A stretch of 63,358 nucleotides of DNA, the filler included, from Olpidium bornovanus S191 (lineage: Eukaryota > Fungi > Olpidiomycota): assembly GCA_017911155.1 (NCBI GenBank). It is 32 parts of 32 records of this genome, joined end to end, with 100 filler letters (N's around TTAATTAATTAA, not from the genome) between each part and the next. Parts side by side here need not be neighbours in the genome. Positions count along the whole stretch, not along the records: positions 34,081 to 36,512 come from JAEFCI010007492.1; positions 36,613 to 38,149 come from JAEFCI010007793.1; positions 38,250 to 42,029 come from JAEFCI010002914.1; positions 42,130 to 43,546 come from JAEFCI010001842.1; positions 43,647 to 44,802 come from JAEFCI010002096.1; positions 44,903 to 46,350 come from JAEFCI010010311.1; positions 46,451 to 47,932 come from JAEFCI010012859.1; 25 more parts are not named here. One strand, 5' to 3'. The position numbers and the translations under genes were made by a program. This document shows positions 34,258 through 47,019 of the stretch, in pieces. Under the pieces are notes generated by a model, which saw only the letters and a list, made by a program, of their open reading frames with translations, was not told where the DNA came from and did no database searches. Numbering within the stretch: position 1 is the first letter of the stretch; the number at the start of each line of letters is the position of its first letter.

Positions 34258-36215
34258 CAAAACGCAGGTCAGAGGGCGTCGAGGCGCACCTTGTCGACGG
34301 GGGATTCGTCCGGGCGGCATTCTCTTGTTGGGCCGGTCGGGCTGTAAGGGGCAACGCCGCGCAAACCAGCGGCGTTTGATTTGAGAAGACGGACAAGAAA
34401 AAAAAAATCCCGGCCGTTCTCCAACTCCCGTACCACGACGGCTCGTCCTGGTGGCTCTCGTGAAGCACGTAGCGCCGCAGGTCCGTGCGGATTTCAAGGA
34501 GCCGCTCGCACTCCTTCCGCAGGGCTTCTACCGGCGTGTCCCCGCGGCCGGAACCGCCGCCTTCGCGGGGCAGACGCCCGCCGCGTTGCCCGGGCGCTTC
34601 GGGCGGTCGGCCTTGGCCGGCGGGGGAGGCGCCGATCTCCGGAGCGGCGGACGCGCGTCCGGGGGTGGGCGCGAGCGACGGGTCGTCCGCGCGCGGAAAA
34701 GGCGCAGCCGCCGCCGCGCCGAACGGCGCGTCGGGAACGAAGGACGGCGCCGGCAGCATGTCGGACAGCTCGACGGTGGCGGAGCGGCTGGTTTCGTAGG
34801 AACCGGAGGCGGACGAGTACCGCGGCCGCTCCATGCAGCAGGTTCCGGTGCAGACGTAGGCTCCCTCCAAAAAGCCGTCGGCCCCACCGCACCCTCCTTC
34901 GCTTACGCTGGACATCGGCGAATGGCGGCTGCTGTCGGACGCCGTGAACCGATCGTAACGCGAGGCGTAATCGAGGCCCGTTGCCGAGTAAAAGGTGCGA
35001 GCGGGCGCAGCGCGGTTGGCAGGAGGCGGCCGACGGCCCGTCCAAAATGTTCCGCGCGGCGACGCGAGCGACTGCTGCAGACCGCGGTGGGTGGCCGTCG
35101 GATCCGACAAGTCGTAGTCGTGAAAAACGGGGCGGGACATGAGAAGGTCGCCTTCCTCGGGGCTGGCCGCCGTCGCGCCCCCGTTGGAAACCATCCCGCC
35201 GGCATGGTGGCCGTATTCGCTGCCGACCGTCCCGAGGGAAGCGCCCTTGTATGAGGAGGTTGACGCGCGGGAAAAGGCGTCTGCGCGATCTAATTCTGAT
35301 GAAAAAAAAAGCGAGTCAGCTCCGACCGCACTGCGGCGGCCGCAGTTTAACGAGCGCCCCAGGCCGGCGGTACCGCCTCCAGCGGCCGGCTGGGAAGGCT
35401 TTCCGCTTCTGGAAACCCGCGCGGTTGCCCGCCAAGGACCCGTGCAAAGTTGGCGGACGGCGGTGCCACGCTCACCTCTGCGGTGAATCTCATCCGATTC
35501 CGGCGGACTCGGTGGCACAGGCAGGCGAACCATTAGTCTGCTGAAGTCGGGCCCCCTGAGATCGAGCGTTCCGGAGGGCATGTCAACTACGGCAAAAATA
35601 TCTACGCCGCTCAAAAGCCGCTCCTGGAAACAGTTACAGCCATCTGATCCGGTTCTTCTTGGACTTTGCGACGTATCCCAGGCCCTGGAGCACGTTCGTT
35701 ATGTCGTAAACTCGGCGCTTTTGAACTCCCAGTTCGTCCGCCGCGAGGTTCAGGTCCAAGTCGTTGGGAGTCGCGTTCCTCAGGAGCTGCATGAATTTTC
35801 TTGTCAGTAAGCTCAGAGAAGTGTCGCCGGCGGCCCCGGCATAACTCGGCTGGTTGGCTTCGCAGGCCGGCGCCTTGGCTGAAGACGGCCAGAAAAGGAC
35901 GGCGCGGCCAAAAGGGCGATCAGGCACGGGGTTTGGCCAAACGGAGAAGTAGTCGCACGGTCGGCTTGGGGGGGGAGGGGGCGGGAGGGGGAAGGAGGAT
36001 CGTGGCGGCGCCTTACGGCATTTGGGCCCGGCGCCCACCCTGGGCCTGCAGTACGGGCTGAACGCGTTTTTCCTGGAAGACTTGCGCGTCGGCCTCGCGG
36101 GCTGGGCCGCGACCAGCAGCGAGCCGCGCCCGGGGTCCGGCAGCGGTGCGGCGCAGCGTTGCCCGCGATCGGTGAACCGCTGTTGCTGGACATCGATTGC
36201 CTGGAACCCCTCCAT
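34081..36215 (-). CDS. E2F: E2F-family transcription factor, spliced, 3' truncated
   Basis: [56 protein letters not shown]|G winged-helix domain; later [16 protein letters not shown] and [11 protein letters not shown] resemble coiled-coil/marked-box segments. Confidence 0.88.
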
Positions 36216-36393
36216 GATGTGGAGAGAGCGGCCGAAGAGTGGCGGGGAGGGGAGGAAGTAGGAGAAGGGGCCCGGGCGCGGGCGAACGAGAAAGGAGCGG
36301 ACGCGTTCCTGGGGCGCTGCCGCGCCGGAGCTTTCCGGTCTATGTGAAATCTATTTTTCTATCGACGCGATCAAAGGGTCATAGGTATACGCG

Positions 36394-36427
<34 letters not shown>

Positions 36428-36433
36428 CGGTGT

Positions 36434-36472
<39 letters not shown>

Positions 36473-36694
36473 AAGTCAAGGCAATCCGCCGCCTCCGCGT
36501 CGTTGGTCAAGCNNNNNNNNNNNNNNNNNNNNNNNNNNNNNNNNNNNNNNNNNNNNTTAATTAATTAANNNNNNNNNNNNNNNNNNNNNNNNNNNNNNNN
36601 NNNNNNNNNNNNCGCGTATCTCCAATTATGCGCGTGCGGGAGGACGGGGGAAAAGGGGGTTGTGTGTGTGCCCGGCAGCACGAGCCCGGGGCGC

Positions 36695-36733
<39 letters not shown>

Positions 36734-36840
36734 CCTTTCCCCGCAGAATCCTAACCCGCCACCGCCCGCCGGCCCCTTCCTTGGCCCCTTCTTCCCCATT
36801 CCCGCCCGCCACTCGCCGCCGCACACCCACCGGACGCACG

Positions 36841-36880
<40 letters not shown>

Positions 36881-36901
36881 CCCCCCCCCCCCCCCCCGCC
36901 C

Positions 36902-36945
<44 letters not shown>

Positions 36946-37618
36946 CCACCCCCCCGCTGACCAGCCCGCTCTGGAGGAGACAAAACGCGCCCCGCGGCAC
37001 TCGGCCTGGACGCGGGGGGGAGGGGGGGTGGCCGCCTAACCGCAGCAACCGCAAACATCACGGACAAAAGCCAGGTTTCGGGAACGATGCGCATTTCCCA
37101 GACGGAAACGACCAACGTCGCCCGGTGTTAAGAGCCACCACAGCGACCGATCTCGGGTTCTACGTCAGGCAAGCGAAAGCAACGGATCTCTGGTTGACCC
37201 TCGAAGTAAAGCGATAAGGTCGGTCGAAGCAGAGCGGTAAGTCCGAATCATCTCGACGACTACTTTCGAACACAATTTTTTTTTTTTTTGCTGTTCTGAT
37301 CAGCGCAGGAAAGGAAAAAAAAACCGGCTGTTCAAGGGCCGCGCCAAACGAGGCCGGGCGCGGGGGTTTCCGCACAGAGGCCGAGGAAATCCCTCCTCTT
37401 CCTCCCTCCCGCGGGATTCTCCGCTCCTTTTGGGGGGAACCAAAAAATAAAAAAAAACCGGCGAAAACGGCCCCGCTTGCAGGATTTTCTGAGCGCATAA
37501 AATTGGCGGTAACTTGAGGAAAGGCAAACTGCAGACGAAACCTTTCTCCACATCCCAACAACCCCCTCCCCCACCCCCCCGCGGACGTTATTATTCTTTG
37601 TTTCGTTGTTTTTTTATT

Positions 37619-38149
37619 TCACGGCGAGTACGGGTGGCACTGAAGGTGGTGGGATGTGCCCGGGGCCGCCAGCAGCGCGTCCGCCGCCTCCGCGTAGCGT
37701 TCTGGCGCGGCTTCCGCGTTCGCTTTTCCGGCCATGCCCACGACGTTTCGCACGTTGTACGAACACGGCTCGGACGTCGAGGACCCCCAGAAGTCGACCT
37801 CGCGGTCGTTCAAGCGGTCCGAGTTCTTGGAAGGCATGACCTGAGGAGCGGCGGCGGGGAAAGCACTTCGCGTCAGCCGCGAGCGAGGAGGAACCCGGGC
37901 GGGCGAAACAGAAGACGAGAATCGAAGAAGTGGGTGGGGGGGGGGGGGGGGGGGGGAAAGAAAACGGGAGGCGGGGGGAAAGGGGAGGAAAAACAAATCC
38001 TTGAAGCGGAGAAACCCTCTAACCCCGCCATGCTTACCGTCGTGTACCGGAGGCCGCCCCAGCTCGCCGCCCACTGGCCGAACGTGCTCCCGAAAGTGAC
38101 CACCAGCTCGTCGCTGAGCGACAGCAGCCGCAGGTCGAGCAGGGCGGTC
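37619..38149 (-). CDS. Fucosyltransferase-like protein (GT37/xyloglucan FUT-like C-terminus), last two exons
   Basis: ALLDLRLLSLSDELVVTFGSTFGQWAASWGGL and STSEPCSY parallel the plant FUT motifs YLLSL(T/S)D.LVTSAWSTFGYVA.GLGGL and S.EPCF. Confidence 0.6.
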   Translation of the reverse strand, partial: DRPARPAAAVAQRRAGGHFREHVRPVGGELGRPPVHDGKHGGVRGFLRFKDLFFLPFPPASRFLSPPPPPPHPLLRFSSSVSPARVPPRSRLTRSAFPAAAPQVMPSKNSDRLNDREVDFWGSSTSEPCSYNVRNVVGMAGKANAEAAPERYAEAADALLAAPGTSHHLQCHPYSP

Positions 38150-38249
38150 NNNNNNNNNNNNNNNNNNNNNNNNNNNNNNNNNNNNNNNNNNNNTTAATTA
38201 ATTAANNNNNNNNNNNNNNNNNNNNNNNNNNNNNNNNNNNNNNNNNNNN

Positions 38250-39095
38250 CATCTGCGACGGGGCGGCCGCCGTCGTCGTCGCGAGCGAGGACGCCGTCCA
38301 GCGCTACGGGTTGAAGCCCCTGGCCCGCGTCGTCTCGTGGCACGCCGTCGGTGTGGAGCCGACGGTCATGGGGCTCGGCCCTGTGAACGCTATCAAGGGA
38401 GCTCTGAAAAAGGGTAATAAAAAAAGCGTGTCCGGCTCCGCTCCCGGCGGTCGCCGTTCGAAGAATTCGAAAGAAGAGGGCGTGGGTGATGGGTGACTGC
38501 GACGCGCGTACGGTTTTTCTTCACGCTTTCTCTCTCCTCTCTTTCTTTCTCTCCCGACGTTGTACCGCAGCAAAACTGTCCCTAGACGATATGAACATCA
38601 TCGAAGTCAACGAGGTACGGCTTTTTTTCTTCGCCCGGCCCGCAATTCTTTGATCACGTCGCTTTCCGTTTTTCGACTTCCGCGCCGAGCGCGGTTCCTG
38701 TCGTTCGCGGTGACCTCTTTTTTTATTTGTTTTTTCCTCCCTCCGCTTTTGACGCAGGCGTTCGCGGCGCAGTTCCTCGCGGTGGCGCGGGAGCTGAACC
38801 TGGACCCCGCCGCGATGAACCCCAACGGGGGCGCGATTGCCGTGGGACACCCGCTCGCCGCGAGCGGCTCGAGGATCCTCGGCCACCTCGCCTACCTCCT
38901 GAACCGGAAAAACGAAAAGTACGCCGTCGGGTCCGCCTGCATCGGCGGAGGTCAGGTACGCGCGTGTTTCTTTTTTTTTTTGTGGTTGTGGTCGCGGCGG
39001 GCGACATCTTCAGTGGATTTCGCGTTTTTTATTGGCGCTCACGGCTCCAAACTTTTCTGTGCCAGGGCATCGCCGTCGTTCTCCAGAAGCCGTGA
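38250..39095 (+). CDS. ACAA2: ACAA2-type thiolase, C-terminal exons (complements 25164-26576)
   Basis: [62 protein letters not shown]|GIAVVL. Confidence 0.9.
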
Positions 39096-39566
39096 CGGTC
39101 CCGTTTTTGGGGCGGGCGCGCGGCGCGGCGCCCGTGTGCCGCCTCGCTCCGATAAACCCTCGTTGTGACTGCAGGAGACAAAAAAAAAAAAGAAGAAGAA
39201 GACAACCGGAAATCAGCCGCACGCTCCGGATGTTTCTTCCTTTATGATTCCTCAGAGCAACAAAACTTCCCACATTACCTCCCCACTCCCGGCCCCCTCC
39301 TCCCACCCAGAACGAAAAGCGAACGAAAAATATGCGTCAGAAAGGAAGCGGTGGGAGGGGGACGATTTTTTATTTTTTTCCCCCCTCCCCTGTGTCTCTC
39401 TTTTTCCGTCTCTCTTTCTCTTTCCGTCTTTCCCTCTCTGATTTCACGGGCAAACGTTCCATGACGACGCCCCGGAAGTAGTCGGAGCGAAAAACGGGAA
39501 AAGAGAGACGGAGCCGGGAGACGGCGCGCCGCGAATATTCTCATCCGGGGGGATGGGAGGGGGGCC

Positions 39567-39664
39567 TGTTGAAACGTGACCTGAAACGGTGGCGTTTTAG
39601 AGGTAAAACGTACGTTTCGGGTGTGGGCGCAATGTCTTCAGGCCACGTTTCAACACCCCGCCTC
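39567..39664 (-). mobile_element. PPT plus 89-bp LTR-like cassette with 19-bp terminal inverted repeats
   Basis: TGTTGAAACGTGACCTGAA (39567-39585) and TTCAGGCCACGTTTCAACA (39637-39655) pair at 18/19; GAGGCGGGG tract immediately 5' on the minus strand, downstream of a copia RNase H remnant. Confidence 0.7.
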
Positions 39665-39827
39665 ACTGTGCACAGTTTAACGCCCATCACGGTTACTTTG
39701 AATCTATGTGGCGCCTTTGTCCTTTGACCGTCTCGGACTCAGGCGGTTTTCTCGTTTGGACGCGTTCGCAGCGCCGTGTGTACTAGATGCGTCGCACCCA
39801 GATCATTTCGCGACCTCGTAAACTATT

Positions 39828-41000
39828 TCACCTTATCCAGCCGGCTTTGGCGAACAAATCTGCCGGGTTGTCGACCCGACGGTACGCGCTCAACCGCAAT
39901 AAAACGTCAGCCCCGCGCACCCCCCGCGAAGGCGGGTGATATTTGACGTCTGTATGTTTTGCTTCTGCTGGTTGCCTTGCGCGTCGGCCGCCAATTCGGC
40001 CGCTCCCCCGTGTTATCGGCCGTGAGCTTCGCCGGCGACGCCGTCGCGGGCCGGGTCGGAGGTGCTTCATGCTTCCGCGTGTCCACCGCGCGTTTCCTCG
40101 GCAACCGCCGAAACCGCGACGAAAACTCCGCTTCGCAAGAAGACGTTCGGAACCCCTCCTTATTTTTGGTTTTTGACGGGATGGATTTTGGGGGTGTCTA
40201 GCCTGCCGGCCGGGCCCCCGATGACCCACTTCTGTTTTCGCCGGAGCCGCAGCGTGCGCCGAGCTCGGCCAGTTTCGCCCCCTTTCTACACCGGCGCGAC
40301 GCGCGCCCGAAGCATCCGCGTTTTTCACCCGTTTCCCCCACGACCAAGCGGCAACCAGATGCCCCTTTGGCCTCCAGACATTATTCAGGCCGAAAGCGCG
40401 CAGCGAACAGAAAAGAAGCGGGACGCCGCGACGCACACGGAAACGTGTTTCCTCAAGCAGAAGTTGCCCGTTTTTTTTTTTTTTTTTTTTTGCCTGGTTT
40501 TCCCCGGGCCGCACGTCGACATATCCGAGCCGTTCGGGGAAAAATCGGTCCGCCGCACGGAGCTTTTAACCCGAACGAAATCGAGAAGCACCACGCTCAA
40601 TGCGCGGCAGACGGATATTTGCCGACGCCTTCGCGGGTTGACTTTTGAAAAAACGGGCGGTTGTTTGCGGCGGCCATTTCGTAAAAACGGGGGACAGGGC
40701 AGGAACGCGAGGCAGACCGGTGCCGGGATCACGCAGGGGCCAGCGCGTGTTCTGCCCGGCTGGCCCGCTGGCACACCAAAGCTCCAGAATCCCCGTGAGA
40801 CCTCGCCGACTTCGTCCGCTACGCACCCGGCCTGCGGGACTCCGGAAACATACGTCGCCTGGATCTCGATCAGTTCTTTCTGGGTGTCGATGAGTCCGCG
40901 CTGGGGGTGGCCATTGGGTCGACGGTTTGAACGCTGTAGGCGCGCTAGCTCACGGGAGGTAAGTCTTCCAGCACCAGCTGGGATCAGCCAGACGGAAGCG
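39828..41000 (-). pseudogene. Heavily decayed Ty1/copia RT-RNase H remnant; 5' boundary approximate
   Basis: KHTDVKYH and VDNPADLFAK (RNase H end), LTADN and GYVD-like pieces in shifting frames. Confidence 0.6.
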
Positions 41001-41320
41001 GCGGGCCGCGTTGATTTTGCGTTGTGATTGGCGAGCCCGTTCGGCACGCCCCGCACCTGTCCGGGTGGGGGAGGCGACGCTGTCCTCCTCAGATACCATT
41101 TCGGCCGGGGCCGAAGGAAACGGTCGAAACGGAACGTCAGCCTGCGGCCTCTCGCTCCTCGCCCGGGGGGCGTCCGGAGCGGCGCGGCTTTGGCCGAGCC
41201 GCGTCACAGGCGCGCCTTCCCGCGCGCCGCCGCCGCTCCCGAGGGCGCCGCTCGTAAGAACCGGGCGCGTCAGCCGGGCGGGGCCAGAGCGACGAGCGCC
41301 TCGCCGCAGTGCCCCGCAGA

Positions 41321-41580
41321 TTGCAAATTAATAAACAAAAAATATATAGATTTCCTTGCGTATCGGTTGCAATTGATAATTAAAATAATTAATATATAGC
41401 CTAATACATCAAATTAAATTAATACCTAGTATAATAAAAGATCCTCTCTTCGGCCGGTCTCGTTTCTTTTTTTCTTTATTGCAAATTAATAAACAAGGCA
41501 TATATAGATTTACTTGCGCATCAGTTGCAATTAATAATTAAAATACTCTCCTTGGCCGGTCTCGCTTCTTTTTTTCTCTT
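41321..41580. repeat. AT-rich imperfect direct duplication
   Basis: ttgcaaattaataaacaa..atatatagattt.cttgcg..ttgcaatt.ataattaaaata and ggccggtctcg.ttcttttttt each occur twice; the second copy lacks ~55 bp. Confidence 0.75.
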
Positions 41581-42129
41581 TTTTTTCGTTGTTTTTTTGT
41601 TTGTTTTTGTTTTTTATTCCTCCGAACGCCGTCGCTGCGGTCGCGCGTTTTTTTTTTATCGTTCCTGGAGCTCGCGCAGGACGCGCAAAGCGCGTCTTCT
41701 TGCTCGGCAAACAGGCTTAAAGGCGCGACCTGCCCGAGCAGGTTCTTGATCAGTGCCGTCGCGGCCACGGTATACTCGGCGGGAGAGGGTTTGCCGCGCG
41801 TGAGCGTGGGCGCGCACTTGCGCGCGGTGCAGGTCGGTGGGGGGGTGGGGGACGGAGAGAGGAGAGCGAAGGGCCGGCGAAGGCGGGGAAAAGTGGGTGC
41901 CGAGATTTCAATTTGCTTTGTTTTTGTTTTTACCTTTTTTTTTCTTCTTTTTCTTCTTCTTTCTTCTCCCCCGGCATTTACGTCCTTGAGGCAGAAGGTT
42001 AATTTTGTGAGCGGGAAGAACGGAGCATGNNNNNNNNNNNNNNNNNNNNNNNNNNNNNNNNNNNNNNNNNNNNTTAATTAATTAANNNNNNNNNNNNNNN
42101 NNNNNNNNNNNNNNNNNNNNNNNNNNNNN

Positions 42130-43481
<1,352 letters not shown>

Positions 43482-44184
43482 AACGGTCATTTGCAGCGGG
43501 TCTGGGGCCGACACGCGGTTTTTTTTTTATTTTTGGGTGCGGAAAANNNNNNNNNNNNNNNNNNNNNNNNNNNNNNNNNNNNNNNNNNNNTTAATTAATT
43601 AANNNNNNNNNNNNNNNNNNNNNNNNNNNNNNNNNNNNNNNNNNNNCATGGCTAATGTTCTAACGTGATCCATCCAAACTGGCAGGCGATGGACGCAGTG
43701 CGTTTCCAATAATCTGGCATATCTGAAGAATCTGATTAGTGGGTTTTGGCACGGAATTTGTGGACGCTGCTGCGTAAATCTGCAAACTTTGGGCGGCGAA
43801 GGTTAGATGGGTTCCTTTGCTGTCCAGAGGTGGATCTATCTTATATTACATACCTGGGCCCTGACCGTCATTCGTGATTTAATTGGCTCCGCCTTATATT
43901 ACGCATATTACATGCCTAGACCCTAACGTTCGAGTGCTGTGTCTATCTCCTTTTCGGGGGGGGGGGGGGGGGGGGGGGGTTTGCTATGCGTTTGCCTCGG
44001 AGCATTGAGAAAATTTTTCCCAATCCTCCAAAGAGAATAACTGTCGTTTTTGCGCAGGGAAGAGAAAAAAAAATAATTCCACGGCGCCACACGGGTCATG
44101 CCCTTTTTTGCCGGGCCACGCGGGCAGAACGCCCCGAGCCTGCCCGCCTGCCCTTCTCTTTCCGAACCAGAGCCCCCGGTGTGG

Positions 44185-44802
44185 TGTGCCGCGCAGGGAG
44201 CTTTCGTCTTGTCTCTTTTTATTCACGCAAGATCGTAGCAAACTACTGGAGTAGGGTGGCGGTGAGAAGCGGGGGAAACTAAGAGTGGCGGTGGCAGGCG
44301 GGGGAAAGCTAAACACGGCTAAAGCTAAACAGGACTGTCATGTAATTCAACCCGGACATTCCCCTTCCTCGAGGCCGGCATAATCCACGCAGGCCTCGAT
44401 CTGTCGGGGGCCGCGGGGAAGCTTAAGGTTATGGGGCGCTCATGGTACAGTTTCAATCTTCTCCCGGAAACCGCTTCCTCAAATGCATCCTCCTCTCAAA
44501 GGCGCCGCAAAGCGACAGAGCCATTTCTGTTTGTACGTGCGACCTCAAAGGGCCCTACCCAGTCGGGCTCTAGTTTCCCGGTCCACGTCGTTTCCTTCCA
44601 CGACTCGTATCGGAGGACCCTGTCCCCGACCTTAAGAGGGGCAACCCGAGCCCTCTGTCGTTGCCGCTCCAGCCAGCGCTTATGATCTTGAGCAAGGACG
44701 ACAGCCAGGGTAGTTTTGCGTACTCGTTCCAAGTTCTGCAGCTGCTCAAGGCGTGTGGTGTAATGGTCAACCAAATTCTCAAAATTGCCCTGAGGAGCGA
44801 GC
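44185..44802 (-). mobile_element. Ty3/gypsy integrase C-terminus (44496-44802), PPT (44359-44370) and ~174-bp 3' LTR (44185-44358)
   Basis: LKVGDRVLRY..KLEPDWVGPFEV; GAGGAAGGGGAA then TGTCCGG; AATAAA ~35 nt before CGGCACA. The LTR 3' end is tentative. Confidence 0.75.
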
Positions 44803-44902
44803 NNNNNNNNNNNNNNNNNNNNNNNNNNNNNNNNNNNNNNNNNNNNTTAATTAATTAANNNNNNNNNNNNNNNNNNNNNNNNNNNNNNNNNNNNNNNNNN
44901 NN

Positions 44903-46051
44903 CATGAACTTCCTTTCGACGTCGTCAAGGTAATTGAGAATGTCAATTCCGTGCGCTGGATCAAATGGCTCCAGCCCCGGTATCACTGGACTATCGAATA
45001 GTTCGTCCGCCGTGTCCGTTTCTCCGCGTTCGATTTCCAAGGCACGAAGCTCTTCTTGGTAAGCTGTCAACAATTCTACGGCTTGGACCAATTGCGAGGA
45101 CACTTTTTCCGCGGATTCTCTAAAGCCCTGAACAACCCCAGCTTGTATGAGAACTCTTCTCTTTGTCGCGAAATAGCGCAGCTCCTGCTCCACACTGCGC
45201 AGTTCGTCCGATGATTGCAGCGACGGCTCACCAACAGCGCCCAGAGAGGACGAGAAAGAGAGAGGGTCTCGTATCTCGGGCAAGTGGCTTCTCGTTAGTT
45301 TTGACAAAGGCGTGACGCACAGTGCCGTTCCGGTAACGTTGTCTAGCAACATCGACGGGGCGTTCGCGGATATACCCCTGCTCGCGGACGCGGTCGACGC
45401 GGCGGAAACCAGCACGGCGACGCCGACAGGTTCTGGGGGGTAGGAGCGCGCCGGCGTCCCGTTCGCGCGGCGCGGATCCGCGTTCTTTACGTCCCTCCCA
45501 TCGCCGCTCTCTGTCAGATGCTGGCAGCGCGCAAGCAACCCGTCAGCGTTCTCGCCGAGGGCGTCATGTGCCGACGGCGCGCCCTGGCCCTCACGGCGCC
45601 TCGCGGGGAAACCAAGTTCCTCCACGTCCCTGGGCTTCGGCCCGTGGGGTTCGCTAGTCCGCGGGGCCGGCTGGTATTTCTGATTCGGCGTCGGCGTCTG
45701 CGACGGGCCAGTCAAAGGCGGGGCGGAGACCGCGGCCGGCCGGTCTGGTAGAAAGGGCGGAGGCACTGGCGGCGCGGCGTCGGCGTCGGCGGCGACGGTG
45801 TTGCTGCTGGCAGGGGCTGCGGTGGGGGGGCCGGCTGGGGGGGCTGCGGCGACGGTCGAGCCGTTGGCTGCAGCGCTGGGGTAGGCGGCGTGGGTGGGGT
45901 TTGGCTGCTTCTGCGCGAGGCTGTTCAGGTTGTTGTCGTGTTCCGGCGAATCCCGGGGCGTTGCAGCCGAGGAGTCCCTTGTGGCGCGCAGGAACGCCTT
46001 GAAGTCGTCGACCTCGGCGACCAGGGTCGTCTCCGGACGGCGCGCGGACAT
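44903..46051 (-). CDS. Uncharacterised protein: disordered N-terminus, coiled-coil C-terminal region; 3' truncated
   Basis: Intronless open frame of at least 380 codons from MSARRPETT; ELRSVEQELRYF..YQEELRALEIE heptads. Confidence 0.6.
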
Positions 46052-46265
46052 GCCGGGAACGCGGGGCCGGCTGGGTTGGGCTGGGCTGGACGGGGCCAGC
46101 TGGGGGTGAGAGAAGCTGTCGTTTTCTTTCCTCCCTCTCTCCCTCCTCGTCCTCCCTGTGGTCCTCCGCTCGTTTCGTTGTTGTTGTTGCGTGCGCAAAA
46201 AGGATGGGGAGCGGGGCGGAGAAAAATGTGTGACGCAAAAACGCCAAAAACAAGCTAAAGAAAAC

Positions 46266-46308
<43 letters not shown>

Positions 46309-46531
46309 CGCCGCATTTTTTCGCACACATGTCGCCCTCCCCTTCCGAACNNNNNNNNNNNNNNNNNNNNNNNNNNNNNNNNNNNNNNNNNNNNTTAATT
46401 AATTAANNNNNNNNNNNNNNNNNNNNNNNNNNNNNNNNNNNNNNNNNNNNGGCCATTTCAGGTATGTCAATTGAATTTGGTTGTAGAAATGAGGAGGTAT
46501 ACTGAAAAGCTTTCAGACACTTCCTCCTCAC

Positions 46532-47019
46532 TTCGTTCTCCTTGATCCTATCCCAAGGACCTTTCATCATGTCGTAAAATTCCAGCACTTCGGCATTTCT
46601 TTTCTTGTCCTTTTGGAGGCTTGCGTATAATTTTTCGTTACCGGACCAGGCCTGGGCAACAGCGAAATTTGGCGTAACAATTGACAAGTCAAGAGCGATA
46701 AACCCGTCAAACCAGGAGGTTTGGAAACGCTTCGGAACGCACTTGACGTATGTACAGCTTGTCCACGAGTCTTTGCGGAGGAGATGATAAAAGGATTATC
46801 AGCGAAAAAACGAGCGAGAAAAACACATCCGTATCACAAAGAAAGACGCAGCGATCCCACGCCTGAACGACTTTCCGAAGCGGGACAGGCAAAAAAATCC
46901 GCTCACTTGACCGCCTCGACCAGTTTTCTGACAGCGGCAAGGTCGTTCTCCGGCAGACCGGACAAGTCCGCGCCCAGCGTAGCCGGCCGAAACCTGCTTT
47001 TGCGCGCTTCCAGCGACAT
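46532..47019 (-). CDS. M49/DPP III-like peptidase of bacterial/plant Nudix-DPP III type, N-terminal exons
   Basis: Three exons splice to MSLEARKSRFRPATLGADLSGLPENDLAAVRKLVEAVK|LVDKLYIRQ|AWSGNEKLY..LEFYDMMKGPWDRIKENE. Confidence 0.65.

Noticed and set aside
36561-37217. Long poly-Pro/Gly/Lys/Phe ORFs (also near 12359-12787, 16150-16952, 29071-29770, 60058-60851)
   Set aside because: Translations of homopolymer and low-complexity tracts, or antisense shadows of GC-rich exons.
43848-43857. ACATACCTGG resembling the U1 5' end
   Set aside because: Mismatch in the ACTTACCTG core and no U1 stem-loop motifs.
44427-44437. GGTTATGGGGC resembling a copia PBS
   Set aside because: It lies antisense inside a gypsy 3' region with no LTR end before it.
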